In this document: in pieces, positions 19,651 through 29,768 of the stretch
How the letters are laid out: the number at the start of each line of letters is the position of its first letter
How positions within the stretch are numbered: the first letter of the stretch is position 1
DNA from: Myxococcales bacterium
Lineage (GTDB): Bacteria > Myxococcota_A > UBA9042
DNA: 44,514 nt
Assembly (NCBI GenBank): GCA_037441385.1
Contig: JBBISH010000043.1
Location: 1-44,514 of the forward strand
Direction: 5' to 3'
Notes under the pieces: model-generated
Seen by the model: only the letters and a program-made list of their open reading frames with translations
The model's database searches: none
Told to the model about the DNA's origin: nothing
Position numbers and translations under genes: made by a program

Positions 19651-21962
19651 TGACAGAGGGGCAAACCGACGTGGGCAAGCGGCCACCGCTTGGCTGGGCG
19701 ACGACGCTGGGCGCGGCGGCGGCGCTTCTGTATGGCGCCGGGGCGGGGTTTGCGGCCCTGCGCTGGCACCAAAGCTGGGTCGCGGCGGGTCGCCCGGCGA
19801 CTGGCGAAGCGTTGGTCGCGGCCAGCCAAGAGATCCCCATGGGGCTGGCGCTGGCCTGGCGTGCGCTGAGTTTGGGGCTTGCGGCAGGGGCCTTGGCGTG
19901 TGGCGCAGCAGCTGCGGTGAGCTGGGTTTTCCGCAGATATCGCACCGCCTTACCGCGCCTGGGCGATCCAGAATCCCGCGTGCCCGTCGCTGCGCTGGCC
20001 GTGACCGCCGCGCTGGCCGGTTTTGCCTATGGGGCGCTGCACCGCGCCGCCTCTGGAATCGCGCCCGTGGGCGACGAAGCGAGCTACTTGGAGCGCGGCC
20101 GGGCTCTGCTGCAAGTGGTGCGCTCGGTCGACTTGCACGGTCTATTGCACTGGTTCGACCTTGCCGGGCACCGGCCCTGGCCGGGCCTGGCGCCCACCTA
20201 CTTGGGTACCTTGCTGCAGCTGCCCTTGCCGGCCGTGGTGGGTTTGCAGGCGGGCGCGGCCTGGGGCCTGGCCGGGCTGGGGGTGGCGCGCCTGGCGCAG
20301 GTGGTGGGAGCTCGTCCGGCTGCTGCGGTGGCGACCTTGGCATTGCTGCTGACCCAGCCGCTCCTGCGTCTGGAATCGGTGTCGGTGCTGGCCGACGGGA
20401 TGATGCTCGGGGCTCTGGCGGTGGCCTTTGCGGAGTTCGTGGCCTTCTTGCGCGAGCCATCGCGGGTATCCAGCCTGCGCGCGGGTCTGACTGTGGCGTT
20501 GCCGGTGGCCATGAAGCCAAGTGGCAATCTGTGGTCGGTCTTGGCACTGGGAGCGGCGGCGGGCCTGTGGTTGCTGGTCTTGGATCGGCGCGGCTCGTGG
20601 CGCAACCGCGTCGGCTGGCTCGTCGACCTCGGAGCGGTTGCGGCCGCGGCGGCCACGGCGGCCTTGCTGGTGGGCGGAGGGCCCAAGTCGTGGCTGCTCA
20701 TCGGTCGCCACGGCATTTCCGTAGAAGGGATGGGCTACTACGACGAGTCGGTGCATGGACGCTGGGAGCAACTGGCCTGGCTGGCCACCTTGGGACCCCG
20801 GCTGGCGACGGTGCCGCTGCTTGCGGCCGCCGCGTGGGGCGCGGTCAGAGGTCCAGCGTGGTTGCGCGCCACGGCCTTGACTGCGCTCGCCGTGCCGCTG
20901 GCCATTCACGCGTTTGCGATGGAGTCCAAGTCGGTGCGGCTGGTCGGCTACGGGTTGGTGGCCCTGGCCGCGCTGGCCATGCCGGCACTGGACCTAGCCT
21001 TGGCCAAAGCCGAAGCCGGGTTGCACTGGCCGCCCCGGCGGGTTGCCGCGCTGCTGGGTCTTGCGGCGGTGCTGCTGCTGGGCAGCGATCTGGTCCTGCG
21101 CGCGCCCGAGCCCGAAAATCGCGTGCTCTGCGGGCCCCTGGCGCCCGGCGATTGGGCGACCTTTCGCCCGACCTGGGTCGGAAGTCACCGCGTTTCCGAC
21201 CACGTGGCCCAGTGGCAGCCGGCGGTCGACGCCCTGCGCCAGGCCATAGCGACGCATTGCGACCCGGAAGCCAGCGCCGTGCTCTTTGCCGAACCGAACC
21301 TGGCGGCCCCCAACAACAGCAGCACCTATGGCGCCGGCTTCACCAAGCGCGACTACTATGTCCCCGAGCTTCAACAACCCAGCGCAGCGCCCCTGTTGCG
21401 CGCGCGAGGTTGCCTGGTGACGCACTCGGCTGGCGCGTTGTACTGGCCCGGCGGTCACGGTCGCCTGCACGGCGAAGGGCTGGTCCGCGAGCTCGCGAAC
21501 CTGTTGACAGAGGGCAAGGATCCCTTGGCCGGCAGCTTTGCCCAGGTGGCGCAGGTGCCGCTGCCTAGCGGGGCGCACGTCACCGTCTACCAGCGGCCCC
21601 GTGCCGCCGACGCGGCCGAAGCCGCCGAGTGGGGCGATCGATTGGCGCGCTGGATGCCCGAGGCGGGAGCCTGGTCCGAGACGTGGCTGGCCATGGCCGA
21701 TCAGCTCGCGGCGGCTGGGGCGCCCAAGACCGAAATCTGTCGCCAACTGGGCCGTGCGGCGCGGGCCCGACCGGTACGCGGCCTGTTTGCCTGCGAGCGC
21801 GTCGACCCGGCTCTTTGCCTGCACGCCGTTCTGCCCGCGCGCCAAGCGGCCAAGCAGGCGCAGGCACTGGGCTGTCCGCCGCCGCTGGACCAAGACTTGT
21901 GGCCGGCCGGGGTGCCCGCGTGGATTCGCGCGGCCGCGCTGCCGCGGTTGCCCCAGTTGTAG
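19650..21962 (+). CDS. Polytopic membrane protein, probable GT-C (ArnT/PMT-like) glycosyltransferase
   Basis: GTG start overlaps the permease stop. GDEASY acidic motif in a loop after the N-terminal TMs, about ten further TMs with a mid-protein KP, and a Cys-containing C-terminal soluble domain. Confidence 0.6.
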   Translation: MTEGQTDVGKRPPLGWATTLGAAAALLYGAGAGFAALRWHQSWVAAGRPATGEALVAASQEIPMGLALAWRALSLGLAAGALACGAAAAVSWVFRRYRTALPRLGDPESRVPVAALAVTAALAGFAYGALHRAASGIAPVGDEASYLERGRALLQVVRSVDLHGLLHWFDLAGHRPWPGLAPTYLGTLLQLPLPAVVGLQAGAAWGLAGLGVARLAQVVGARPAAAVATLALLLTQPLLRLESVSVLADGMMLGALAVAFAEFVAFLREPSRVSSLRAGLTVALPVAMKPSGNLWSVLALGAAAGLWLLVLDRRGSWRNRVGWLVDLGAVAAAAATAALLVGGGPKSWLLIGRHGISVEGMGYYDESVHGRWEQLAWLATLGPRLATVPLLAAAAWGAVRGPAWLRATALTALAVPLAIHAFAMESKSVRLVGYGLVALAALAMPALDLALAKAEAGLHWPPRRVAALLGLAAVLLLGSDLVLRAPEPENRVLCGPLAPGDWATFRPTWVGSHRVSDHVAQWQPAVDALRQAIATHCDPEASAVLFAEPNLAAPNNSSTYGAGFTKRDYYVPELQQPSAAPLLRARGCLVTHSAGALYWPGGHGRLHGEGLVRELANLLTEGKDPLAGSFAQVAQVPLPSGAHVTVYQRPRAADAAEAAEWGDRLARWMPEAGAWSETWLAMADQLAAAGAPKTEICRQLGRAARARPVRGLFACERVDPALCLHAVLPARQAAKQAQALGCPPPLDQDLWPAGVPAWIRAAALPRLPQL

Positions 21963-22051
21963 TCTGCGCCCAACGGGCGAGCGGCTTGCCGATACGCCCG
22001 CGAATATGGCAGCATTCGCCGGAATTTGGCCCACTCGGCCCGGCAGGTAGT

Positions 22052-23362
22052 ATGGCAAACCTCCCCAATTTTGACGCGTTGGCGGTGCCACCTGCGTTCG
22101 TTGATGCCGTGGCGGCCCTGCGCGCTGCCTACCCCGAGCCGCGCTCGGCCTACCCCCTGCCGCTGACGACCAACACGTTTGGCAACGAAGAGATCGCCGC
22201 CGCCCTGGACGCCCTGGTGCGCGGGCCGATGACGCTGGGGCCACGGGTCGCTGCGTTCGAGGCGGCCTTTGCCGCGGCCCACGGTGCGCCCGACGCGGTG
22301 TTCTGCAACAGCGGCTCTTCGGCGAATCTGTTGGCGCTGGCCGTGCTTGCGCGTCCGCAGGGCCCCGATCAAGGCCCTACGTTGCAGCCGGGCGACGAAG
22401 TGATCGTTCCCGCGGTGACGTGGTCGACGACCATCTGGCCGGTGGCCCAGGTGGGCTGCGTGCCAGTGCTGGCCGACGTGGATCCGGCGACCCTGAACGT
22501 GACGGTCGCGTCGATCGAGCGCGCTCTCTCGCCCAAGACCAAGGCCGTGTTCTTGGCGCACATCCTGGGCAACCCGGCGCCGATCGCCGAGATCGCCGAG
22601 TTGTGCCGCCAGCGCGGCTTGCAGCTGATCGAAGACGTCTGCGAGTCGCTCGACGCCGAGACCGCGGGTCGCCGCTGCGGCACCTTTGGGCGGATGGGCA
22701 CATTTTCGTTCTATTTCTCGCACCATATCTGCACCGTCGAAGGCGGCATGGTGGTGTGCCAGGACCCGGCCGACGGCGACCGCCTGCGCATCCAGCGCGC
22801 CCACGGCTGGACCCGCAACCTGCCTGCGTCGTCTAAGGCCGCGTGGGAGCAGCTCAATCCCCACGTGGACCCGCGGTTTCTGTTCGTCGACATGGGCTAC
22901 AACCTGCGCTCGACCGACGTGAACGCCGCGATCGGCCTGGTGCAGCTGGAGCGCCGGCTTGCCTTCTTGCAGCGCCGCCGCGAGGTGGGATCAGCGTGGG
23001 GCGCGGTGCGCGATCGCCACCCCGACGTGTACCTGCCGATGCAGATTGCTGAGGGTTCTAGCCACTTTGCGTTGCCCATCGTCCTGCAGCCGGGCCTGGG
23101 GCTTGGCCGCGCCGAGCTGGCCGTGTTCCTAGAAAAGCACGGCGTAGAGAACCGTCCGCTCGTTGCCGGCAACTTAGCTCGGCAGCCAGCCCTGGCGCAC
23201 GTGCCGCACCGGATTGCCGGGCCGCTGGCGGGCGCCGATGTGCTGCACGAGCGAGCCATGTACGTGGGAATTCATCCGAATCAGACCGACGCCGACATTG
23301 CGCTGCTGGCCGGACTGCTCGATCGCTTTGCCGAGCAAGCGCGGCGCGGAGGTGCGGCATGA
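22052..23362 (+). CDS. colD: GDP-4-keto-6-deoxy-D-mannose 3-dehydratase (ColD-like, DegT family)
   Basis: [38 protein letters not shown] (His at the usual PLP-Lys position), [10 protein letters not shown]; adjacent to gmd. Confidence 0.8.
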   Translation: MANLPNFDALAVPPAFVDAVAALRAAYPEPRSAYPLPLTTNTFGNEEIAAALDALVRGPMTLGPRVAAFEAAFAAAHGAPDAVFCNSGSSANLLALAVLARPQGPDQGPTLQPGDEVIVPAVTWSTTIWPVAQVGCVPVLADVDPATLNVTVASIERALSPKTKAVFLAHILGNPAPIAEIAELCRQRGLQLIEDVCESLDAETAGRRCGTFGRMGTFSFYFSHHICTVEGGMVVCQDPADGDRLRIQRAHGWTRNLPASSKAAWEQLNPHVDPRFLFVDMGYNLRSTDVNAAIGLVQLERRLAFLQRRREVGSAWGAVRDRHPDVYLPMQIAEGSSHFALPIVLQPGLGLGRAELAVFLEKHGVENRPLVAGNLARQPALAHVPHRIAGPLAGADVLHERAMYVGIHPNQTDADIALLAGLLDRFAEQARRGGAA

Positions 23363-24384
23363 AGAAGGCGCTGATCACCGGGATCACCGGTCAAGACGGC
23401 AGCTATCTGGCCGAGTTGTTGATCTCCAAGGGCTACGTCGTGCACGGCATCATCCGCCGTTCGTCCAGCTTCAACACCGGGCGGATCTCGCACATCTTCC
23501 AGGACCCGCACGAAGAAAAGCCGTGCCTGGTGCTGCACTACGGCGACGTGCTCGACAGCGAGTCGCTGATGCGGGTGCTGCACAAGGTCAAGCCCGACGA
23601 GGTCTACAACCTGGCGGCGCAGAGCCATGTGCGGGTGTCCTTTGACCTGCCCACCTACACGGCCGAGTCGGTGTACCTGGGTACGCTGCGTCTGCTGGAA
23701 GCCTTGCGCACGCTCGATCGGCCGGTGCGGTTCTACCAGGCGTCGTCGTCCGAGATGTTCGGCGGCGTGGGCCAAGAGGCATTGTCTGAGACTTCACCTT
23801 TGATTCCACGCAGTCCCTATGCGGTCGCCAAAGTGGCCGCCTATCACCAGACCATCAACCACCGCCAAGCGTATGGCATGTTTGCCTGCAACGGCATCTT
23901 GTTCAACCACGAGTCGCCGCGCCGAGGCGAGACCTTTGTGACGCGCAAGATCACCCGCGGGCTGGCGCAAATCGCGGCCAAGAAAGAAGACTTGCTGTTC
24001 TTGGGCAACCTGGCCGCCAAGCGCGACTGGGGCTTTGCCGGCGACTACGTCGAGGCAATGTGGATGATGCTGCAGCACGACCAGCCCGACGACTACGTGG
24101 TGGCCACGGGCGAGACGCACAGCGTCCAGGAATTCTTGGACTTCTGCTGCGACACGCTGGGCATGGACCCGGCCGAGGTCACGCGCATCGACCCGGTTTA
24201 TTTCCGCCCCACCGAGGTGGATCACCTGTTGGGCGACCCCAGCAAGGCCATGAAAACGCTTGGATGGAAGCCGCGCACCACCTTCCGTGGCTTGGCGGGC
24301 ATGATGCTGGCGGCCGACCTGCGCGCAGCGGGCGTGGACCCGCGCCGCTACGAGAAACTGCATGAATTCCTTCCTGACGCCTAG
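23359..24384 (+). CDS. gmd: GDP-mannose 4,6-dehydratase
   Basis: [63 protein letters not shown]. Confidence 0.97.
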   Translation: MKKALITGITGQDGSYLAELLISKGYVVHGIIRRSSSFNTGRISHIFQDPHEEKPCLVLHYGDVLDSESLMRVLHKVKPDEVYNLAAQSHVRVSFDLPTYTAESVYLGTLRLLEALRTLDRPVRFYQASSSEMFGGVGQEALSETSPLIPRSPYAVAKVAAYHQTINHRQAYGMFACNGILFNHESPRRGETFVTRKITRGLAQIAAKKEDLLFLGNLAAKRDWGFAGDYVEAMWMMLQHDQPDDYVVATGETHSVQEFLDFCCDTLGMDPAEVTRIDPVYFRPTEVDHLLGDPSKAMKTLGWKPRTTFRGLAGMMLAADLRAAGVDPRRYEKLHEFLPDA

Positions 24385-25369
24385 TCTGGCCGACCCCGAC
24401 TACTGGCGCGGCAAGCGCGTAGTGGTCACCGGCGGCGGCGGCTTCATCGGTAGCCACCTGGTCGAGCGGCTGTTGCCCGTGGCCGGGCAGGTGGTGGTGC
24501 CGAGCCGCGGTTCCGACATTCCCAAGCACCTGCGCCACGTTGCCGAGCACGTGACCTTTGTGCACGGCGACTTGCGCGACGCGAGTGTGGCCCAACTCGC
24601 CTGTGCCGGCGCGGACGCCGTGCTGATGCTGGCGGCGATCGTCGGCGGCATCGAGTACAACATGGCCCACCAGGGCAGCGTGTTCCGCGACAACCTCGGC
24701 GTGTACCTGGCGACTCTTGAGGCGGCGCGTCTGGCCGGCGTTGGGCGGGTGCTCGTCACCAGCTCTGCCTGTGTTTACCCGCGCTTCTGCAAGCTGCCGA
24801 CGCCCGAATCCGAAGGCTTTGAAGGCCGCCCCGAGCCGACCAACGAAGGTTACGGCTGGGCCAAACGCATGGAGGAGTTCCTGGCCGGCGCCTACCGCCA
24901 GGAATTCGGCATGTCGATCGCCGTGGCGAGGCCCTACAACGCCTACGGACCGCGCGACAATTTCGACCCCGCCTCGTCGCACGTCATCCCCGCGCTGGTG
25001 CGCAAGGCGTTTGACCGCAGCACCGACGAAATCGTGGTGTGGGGTTCGGGCCGGCAGTCGCGCAGCTTCTTGTACGTCACCGACTTTGCCGACGGGCTGA
25101 TCCGCGTCTGCGAGCGCGCGCCAGACGCCGAGCCGACCAACGTCGGCGCCGACGAAGAGACCACCATCGGCGAAGTTGCGCTGGCTATCGCCGAGTTGGC
25201 GGGCACCGGCAAACGAGTTCGTTTCGCCACGGACAAACCCGAGGGTCAGCCGCGCCGCCACTGCGACACGACCCGCCTGCAAGAGCACTTCGACTTTCGC
25301 GCCCGCGTGGCCCTGCGCGACGGCCTAGAGCGCACCGTGGCCTATTACCGCGAGGAGTTCCAACCATGA
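24362..25369 (+). CDS. GDP-sugar epimerase/reductase (Fcl/ColC-like extended SDR)
   Basis: [47 protein letters not shown]. Confidence 0.85.
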   Translation: MNSFLTPSLADPDYWRGKRVVVTGGGGFIGSHLVERLLPVAGQVVVPSRGSDIPKHLRHVAEHVTFVHGDLRDASVAQLACAGADAVLMLAAIVGGIEYNMAHQGSVFRDNLGVYLATLEAARLAGVGRVLVTSSACVYPRFCKLPTPESEGFEGRPEPTNEGYGWAKRMEEFLAGAYRQEFGMSIAVARPYNAYGPRDNFDPASSHVIPALVRKAFDRSTDEIVVWGSGRQSRSFLYVTDFADGLIRVCERAPDAEPTNVGADEETTIGEVALAIAELAGTGKRVRFATDKPEGQPRRHCDTTRLQEHFDFRARVALRDGLERTVAYYREEFQP

Positions 25370-26064
25370 CCGTCGACCTCATCCTGCTGGTGCTCAACGA
25401 AATCGACGGCTTGCGCGCCATCGTCCCGCAAATCGACCGGTCGCTGTTTGGTCAGGTTTTTGCCGTGGACGGCGGCAGCAAGGACGGCTCGCTGCAATAC
25501 CTGGCCGAACAAGGCATTGCCGTGGTGAACCAGTCGCGGCGCGGTCGCGGCCAGGCGTTCACCATGGGCGTGGAGCACAGCACCGCCGACGGGTTCGTGT
25601 TCTTTTCGCCGGACGGCAACGAGGATCCCAACGACCTGGGCCGCATCGTGGCCGAGCTGCAGGGCGGCGCCGACTTGGTGATCGCGTCGCGGATGATGCA
25701 AGGCGCCGTCAACGAAGAGGATGCCCAGCTGCTGCGCCCGCGGCGCTGGACCAACAACGCCTTCAACCTGGCGCTGAACGTGCTGTTCAACCCGCGGCCG
25801 CGCAAAGGCTACATTTCGGACTCCATCAATGGTTACCGCGGTCTGGCGCGCAAGGCCCTGGCGGCGGTGCAGCCCTTCCCGGACGACTACACCGTCGAGT
25901 ACCGCATGACGGCGCGCGCCCTGCAAGCTCGCCTGCGGGTTGTGGAATTCCCGACCCACGAGCACGACCGCGTGGGCGGCGAGACCAAGGTGCCGTCGCT
26001 GCAGGCGGGGTTGCGGTTCATCCGGGCTTTGGGCGAAGAGACCGCGCGCAAGCTGGCCCGCTAA
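25366..26064 (+). CDS. GT2 glycosyltransferase, DPM1/GtrB-like (polyprenyl-phosphate sugar synthase type)
   Basis: LNE, VDGGSKDGS, GRGQA, FSPDG, DLVIASR, DSINGYR, R.GGETKV; no TM helices. ATGA overlap with the upstream gene. Confidence 0.85.
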   Translation: MTVDLILLVLNEIDGLRAIVPQIDRSLFGQVFAVDGGSKDGSLQYLAEQGIAVVNQSRRGRGQAFTMGVEHSTADGFVFFSPDGNEDPNDLGRIVAELQGGADLVIASRMMQGAVNEEDAQLLRPRRWTNNAFNLALNVLFNPRPRKGYISDSINGYRGLARKALAAVQPFPDDYTVEYRMTARALQARLRVVEFPTHEHDRVGGETKVPSLQAGLRFIRALGEETARKLAR

Positions 26065-26142
26065 CCGACCCAAGGACGCCGTTTGGTTGTCACGATCTGG
26101 TGATTGGAGCTAAACTTCTGTGCCCGCCGCGAGGAGGATCCC

Positions 26143-26844
26143 ATGTACAAGTCCGGACAAAAGCTAGTGATTATTGGCGACGGCGAGTCGGCCGAGATCG
26201 CCTACGAGTACTTCACCCACGACTCGGAGTTCACGGTGGCGGGCTTCGCCGTCGAAGCGGCCTTCCGCAAGCGCGACGAGTTGTTCGGGCTGCCGGTCAG
26301 CGACTTCGAGACGGTGCAAGACCGCTACCCGCCTGACCAATTCATGGCCTTCGTCGCCATGTCCTCCACCCACTTGAACCGGCCGCGCAAGCGCCTGTAT
26401 CTGGCGACCAAGCAGAAGGGCTACCGCTGCGCGACCTATGTCTCCAGCAAGGCCTTTGTCTGGCACAACGTCAAGATCGGCGAAAATTCAATGATCTTCG
26501 AGAACAATGTGCTGCAGTACCAGGTCGAGGTCGGCGAGAACGTAGTCCTGTGGAGCGGCAACCACGTCGGCCACCGCACCCGCATCGGCGCGCACACCTT
26601 CGTCACGTCGCATGCGGTCATCTCGGGCTTCTGCACCATCGGCGAGTCGAGCTTCTTGGGCGTCAACTGCTGCTTTGCCGACGGCGTGTCGGTGGCCGAA
26701 GACTCGGTGGTCGGCATGGGTTCGGTCGTGCCCAAGTCGCTGACGGAGCCAGGGCGCGTGTGGGTGGGGAACCCCGCCAAACCGATGGAAAAGAACGCCT
26801 ACGACACCTTCAAGGTCCCCGCTCACGAACGGCCCGGCGCGTAG
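26143..26844 (+). CDS. Hexapeptide-repeat acyltransferase (NeuD/PglD-like)
   Basis: IIGDGE Rossmann-like N-terminus; VKIGENSMI/VEVGENVVL/IGAHTFV hexapeptides; VGNPA; GAGGAGG RBS. Confidence 0.88.
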   Translation: MYKSGQKLVIIGDGESAEIAYEYFTHDSEFTVAGFAVEAAFRKRDELFGLPVSDFETVQDRYPPDQFMAFVAMSSTHLNRPRKRLYLATKQKGYRCATYVSSKAFVWHNVKIGENSMIFENNVLQYQVEVGENVVLWSGNHVGHRTRIGAHTFVTSHAVISGFCTIGESSFLGVNCCFADGVSVAEDSVVGMGSVVPKSLTEPGRVWVGNPAKPMEKNAYDTFKVPAHERPGA

Positions 26845-26892
26845 CCGCACAGTCCGCTGATTTCGCACCCCCTTTTCCATGCGAGGCCCTAG

Positions 26893-27822
26893 ATGAAGTG
26901 GCGCAAGCTCGGGCGGATCTATGCCCCCGATGGTTCGACTTGGTGGCAGAAGAAGTACGCGTTTCCACCTACCCCGCTGCTGCTCACGGGCGCGGACGGC
27001 AAGGAAACCCTGCGCCTGTACTGCACCTTTTGCGACGAGAACACGGTCGGCCGCCTCGGTTGGGTCGACGTGAACCCGGCCAATCCGCTGCAGGTGCTGG
27101 CCGTGTCCAAAGAGCCGATCCTGGCCGACGGCCAGCCCGGCACGTTTGACGAAAACGGCCTGTTGCCTACCCGCGTGATGCGCGTGGGCGACGAGATCTG
27201 GTGCTACTACGTGGGCTACCAGCTGGGTTACAAGGTGCGCTACTACCAGTTTGCCGGCCTGGCCATCAGCACCGACGGCGGCGAGTCGTTCCAGCGCTGG
27301 CGGCGCACGCCCGTGCTCGAGCGCTCGGACAGCGAGCTGGTCAACCGCACCTCCACGTTCGTGCTGCAAGACGAGGGCGTGTTCAAGATGTGGTACGTGG
27401 GCGGCAGCGAGTGGGTGTGGATCCACGGCAAGTACATGCCGCGCTACGAGCTGAAGTACATCGAGTCGCCCGATGGCAAGCACTTCCCGGATCGCGGCCA
27501 GACGGCGATTGCCCTGGAGCCGGGCGAGTACGCCTTGGGTCGGCCGTGGATCATCGAGCACGACGGGCGCTTCAAGCTCATCTTGTCGTCGCGGACCGAG
27601 GCCAAGGGCTATCGCCTGACATATGCCGAAAGCTTCGATCGCGGCCGCACTTGGGTGCGCAAAGACAGCGAGATCGGCATCGACGTCTCGGCCGAGGGCT
27701 GGGACTCCACGGGCATCCAGTACGGCAGCCTGTTCGAGTACCAGGGCAAGCTGTACCTGTTCTACAACGGCAACAACTGCGGCGAGACGGGCTTTGGCTG
27801 CGCCGAGCTCGAGAGTTGGTGA
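26893..27822 (+). CDS. Five-bladed beta-propeller glycoside hydrolase-like protein
   Basis: Repeated blade motifs (STDGGESF, SPDGKHF, SFDRGRTW; MWY, LFYNGN); no signal peptide. Confidence 0.7.
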   Translation: MKWRKLGRIYAPDGSTWWQKKYAFPPTPLLLTGADGKETLRLYCTFCDENTVGRLGWVDVNPANPLQVLAVSKEPILADGQPGTFDENGLLPTRVMRVGDEIWCYYVGYQLGYKVRYYQFAGLAISTDGGESFQRWRRTPVLERSDSELVNRTSTFVLQDEGVFKMWYVGGSEWVWIHGKYMPRYELKYIESPDGKHFPDRGQTAIALEPGEYALGRPWIIEHDGRFKLILSSRTEAKGYRLTYAESFDRGRTWVRKDSEIGIDVSAEGWDSTGIQYGSLFEYQGKLYLFYNGNNCGETGFGCAELESW

Positions 27823-28772
27823 TGGAGCTGCGGGTCGCGCCGTACCAGGCGGCACACGAGCGCGAGTGGAACGACTTGGTGGCGCGCAGCAAGAACGCGA
27901 CCTTCCTGTTCCACCGCCAGTTCATGGAGTACCACGCCGATCGCTTTGTCGACGCGTCGCTGTTGGTCTACGACGGGCACAAGCTGCTCGCGGGGATGCC
28001 GGCGTCGCTGCACGGGGCGGGCGAGGCGCTGCAGGTGCGCAGCCACGGCGGCCTGACCTATGGCGGGCTGTTCTGCGACGAGCGGATGTCGGCCTCGGCC
28101 ATGGTCGAGGTGATGGGCGCGGTGCTGCAGCACTACCGCGAGCGCGGCGTTACCTCGCTGGTGTACAAGCCGCTGCCGTACATCTACCACACGCTGCCGG
28201 CGCAAGAGGACCTGTACGCGCTGTTTCGCTACGGCGCCGAGCTGCAGCGGCGCGACGTGGCGGCCAGTCTGGACCAAGGCGCACGGCCGCCGATCACCAA
28301 GGGCCGCAAGTGGGCGATCAAGCAGGGCCTGGGCAATGGCATCCCCGTGAGCGAGAGCCAGGACTGGGCGGGGTTCATGGCGATGGAAGCCGCGCTGCTG
28401 ATGGAGAAATACGGCACGCGCCCAGTGCACACCGCTGCCGAGATGGAGCTGCTGCACCAGCGCTTTCCCAAGCAGGTCAAGCTGTATACCGCGCTGCACC
28501 AAGGGGAATTGGCCGGCGGTACGGTCATTTTTGACTGCGGCGCGTGCGTGCACGCCCAATACATCTCGTCCACCCGCCACGGTCGCGATTTGCGGGCACT
28601 CGACGTGTTGTTCCAGTGGCTGATCGACGACGTGTACCGCGACCGCCGCTGGTTCGATTTTGGCATCTCGACCGAAGAAGCGGGCCGAGTGCTGAACGCG
28701 GGCCTGGCCGACAACAAAGAGAGCTGGGGCGCGCGCTCGGTGGTGTACGACCACTACCTGTTGCGCCTGTAG
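27822..28772 (+). CDS. GNAT/FemABX-like acyltransferase
   Basis: WNDLVARSKNATFLFHRQFMEYHADRF, SHGGLTYGG, FDFGISTE...GL...KESWGAR; two-lobe GNAT length. Confidence 0.8.
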   Translation: MELRVAPYQAAHEREWNDLVARSKNATFLFHRQFMEYHADRFVDASLLVYDGHKLLAGMPASLHGAGEALQVRSHGGLTYGGLFCDERMSASAMVEVMGAVLQHYRERGVTSLVYKPLPYIYHTLPAQEDLYALFRYGAELQRRDVAASLDQGARPPITKGRKWAIKQGLGNGIPVSESQDWAGFMAMEAALLMEKYGTRPVHTAAEMELLHQRFPKQVKLYTALHQGELAGGTVIFDCGACVHAQYISSTRHGRDLRALDVLFQWLIDDVYRDRRWFDFGISTEEAGRVLNAGLADNKESWGARSVVYDHYLLRL

Positions 28773-28784
28773 AGCGCCCCTGCC

Positions 28785-29747
28785 TCAACCTGGGCCAAGA
28801 AACGGATCTTTGGCGAGCTTGCGCAGGTGGCGATTGGCCTGGACCAGCCGGTGCGCCGCCGCCGCCGTGCTGAACTCGGCTGCGCCCAGCCAGGCCCCGG
28901 GCAGGTTCCAATACCGCAGCAGCGCCGCGGGCTTGTCTTTGATCGTCGCCAGCTGGAACCAATCGCGGGCGCGCGAGATCTGCAGCAGCCGCCGCTCTTG
29001 GTCCGTCAGGCCCGGCCAGTCCAAAAGTGCCTGATACCCTTCGTCTTTGCGCTGCCTCGCCAGCGGCGAGCTCAGGTGCTGCATGTAGAGCCCTGCGGCC
29101 TGCACGCGGTAGTGACAGATGATGCGGTTGATGCGCACGAACGCGCCGGACAGGCTGAGCAAGTAGAAGTGCAGCCAGTCGGTGCAGTACTCGTTGAAAA
29201 TCGGGTAGGCCGGGATGCCCGCGCTGCGGCGGGTGCGCACCACCACGCACACGCTGGGGACGATGTTCTCGAAGGCCATGAGCCGGCGCATCTCGGGTCC
29301 CGAGAAGCGCGTGGTGGGCTCCAAGGTGTCCAGGGCCGGCAATGCGCCCGAGATCGGCCGACCGTGCTCGTCCATGTGCTGGAATTGACCAAACACCGCC
29401 ACCACGCCGGGGTCGTTCTCTAGGATCGCACAGGCCTCTTCGTAGAAGGTGGGATCGGCCACGTTGTCGTCGGCCGACATGGTGATGTAGGCGTCGGTCT
29501 CGACGGCGTTGCACAGGTTGTGCACGTGGCGGGCGCTGCCCAGGTTCACGGGCTGGATGACCACCTCGGCCTCGGGATAGCCAGCACAGGCCGCGGCCAC
29601 TTGCTCGGGCGTGTCCTTGGGCGAGCGGTCGTCGGACACCACCACGCGATCGGGCCGCTTGGTCTGGCGGCGCACCGCGGCCAAGTGTTCAGGCAGGTAT
29701 TTGGCGTAGTTGTAGGTGGTGCACAAGTGGCTGAGGGTGAACGCCAT
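28785..29747 (-). CDS. GT2 glycosyltransferase
   Basis: TYNYAKYL, VSDDRS, NLG, SADD, TDW, YRV. Confidence 0.88.
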   Translation of the reverse strand: MAFTLSHLCTTYNYAKYLPEHLAAVRRQTKRPDRVVVSDDRSPKDTPEQVAAACAGYPEAEVVIQPVNLGSARHVHNLCNAVETDAYITMSADDNVADPTFYEEACAILENDPGVVAVFGQFQHMDEHGRPISGALPALDTLEPTTRFSGPEMRRLMAFENIVPSVCVVVRTRRSAGIPAYPIFNEYCTDWLHFYLLSLSGAFVRINRIICHYRVQAAGLYMQHLSSPLARQRKDEGYQALLDWPGLTDQERRLLQISRARDWFQLATIKDKPAALLRYWNLPGAWLGAAEFSTAAAAHRLVQANRHLRKLAKDPFLGPG

Positions 29748-29768
29748 ACTTCCTCCGTGGCGGCGCGG

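Noticed and set aside
22052..23362. Ordinary aminotransferase or CDP-sugar E1 (RfbH/DdhC) assignment
   Set aside because: His replaces the PLP Lys, there is no E1-type Fe-S Cys cluster, and the context is GDP-mannose genes.
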